Source of the DNA: Macrostomum lignano
Lineage: Eukaryota
Assembly: GCA_002269645.1 (NCBI GenBank)
Contig: NIVC01000748.1
Coordinates: 1 to 64,000, forward strand
Direction of reading: 5' to 3'
Length of the DNA: 64,000 nucleotides
Shown: positions 63,454 through 64,000 of the stretch, piece by piece
Layout of the letters: every line of letters begins with the position of its first letter
How positions within the stretch are numbered: position 1 is the first letter of the stretch
Notes under the pieces: model-generated
What the model saw: only the letters and a program-made list of their open reading frames with translations
Told to the model about the DNA's origin: nothing
Database searches by the model: none
Position numbers and translations under genes: made by a program

Positions 63454-63514
63454 CTGATTGGGGAGAATTATTAAACACAATGATGTCAGTAGCATAAATA
63501 TGCTTGCAGGTGGG

Positions 63515-64000
63515 CAGTGGGTGGTCAGTGAGCAGTCAGTGAGTAGTTAATGAGAAGTCAGTAAGCAGTCAGTGAGTAGTTAATGAGAAGTCAGTAAGTA
63601 GTCAATGAGTAGTAAATGAGCAGTCGGTGGGTGGTCAGTGAGCAGTCAGTGAGTAGTCAGTGAGCAGTCAGTGAGTAGTCAGTGAGCAGTCAGTGAGTAG
63701 TCAGTGAGCAGTCAGTGGGTGGTCAGTGAGCAGTTGGTGGGTAGTCAGTGAGCAGTCAGTGAGCAGTCAGTGAGCAGTTGGTGGGTAGTCAGTGAGCAGT
63801 CAGTGAGCAGTCAGTGAGCAGTCAGTGAGTAGTCAGTGAGCAGTCAGTGAGTAGTCAGTGAGCAGTCAGTGGGTGGTCAGTGAGCAGTCAGTGAGTAGTC
63901 AGTGAGCAGTCAGTGGGTGGTCAGTGAGCAGTCAGTGAGCAGTCAGTGAGCAGTCAGTGGGTGGTCAGTGAGCAGTCAGTGAGCAGTCAGTGGGTGGTCA
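63515..64000. repeat. 11-bp minisatellite GAGCAGTCAGT (ZMYND8-like intron)
   Basis: Tandem periodicity to the window edge. Confidence 0.95.

Overview
Eukaryotic (metazoan) genomic DNA. GC-rich GT-AG exons sit in AT-rich DNA, and most long introns carry their own minisatellite. This style suggests a free-living flatworm such as Macrostomum, but that is inference only. Left to right: the 3' half of a young Ty3/Gypsy retrotransposon with its 3' LTR; a Notch-like receptor (+; EGF repeats, 3 LNR, NOD/NODP, TM, but no ankyrin/RAM region found in the window); then a run of minus-strand genes. That run comprises an intronless neprilysin-like M13 peptidase, three PAN/apple + C-type-lectin genes, importin-11, IFT43, a fourth PAN-CTLD gene, a RUN-PDZ-PTB protein and the 3' part of a ZMYND8-like gene. 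There is an 85-N scaffold gap at 27129-27213. Scattered 1-bp frameshifts in otherwise intact genes look like long-read consensus errors. The most striking observation is the four secreted PAN-CTLD lectin genes. They share a 97-99% identical 185-bp central cassette but carry different N- and C-terminal modules in mixed combinations (A-X, A-Y, B-Y, C-Z), which suggests recombinational or gene-conversion shuffling. All exon models and alignments were made by eye; no searches were run.
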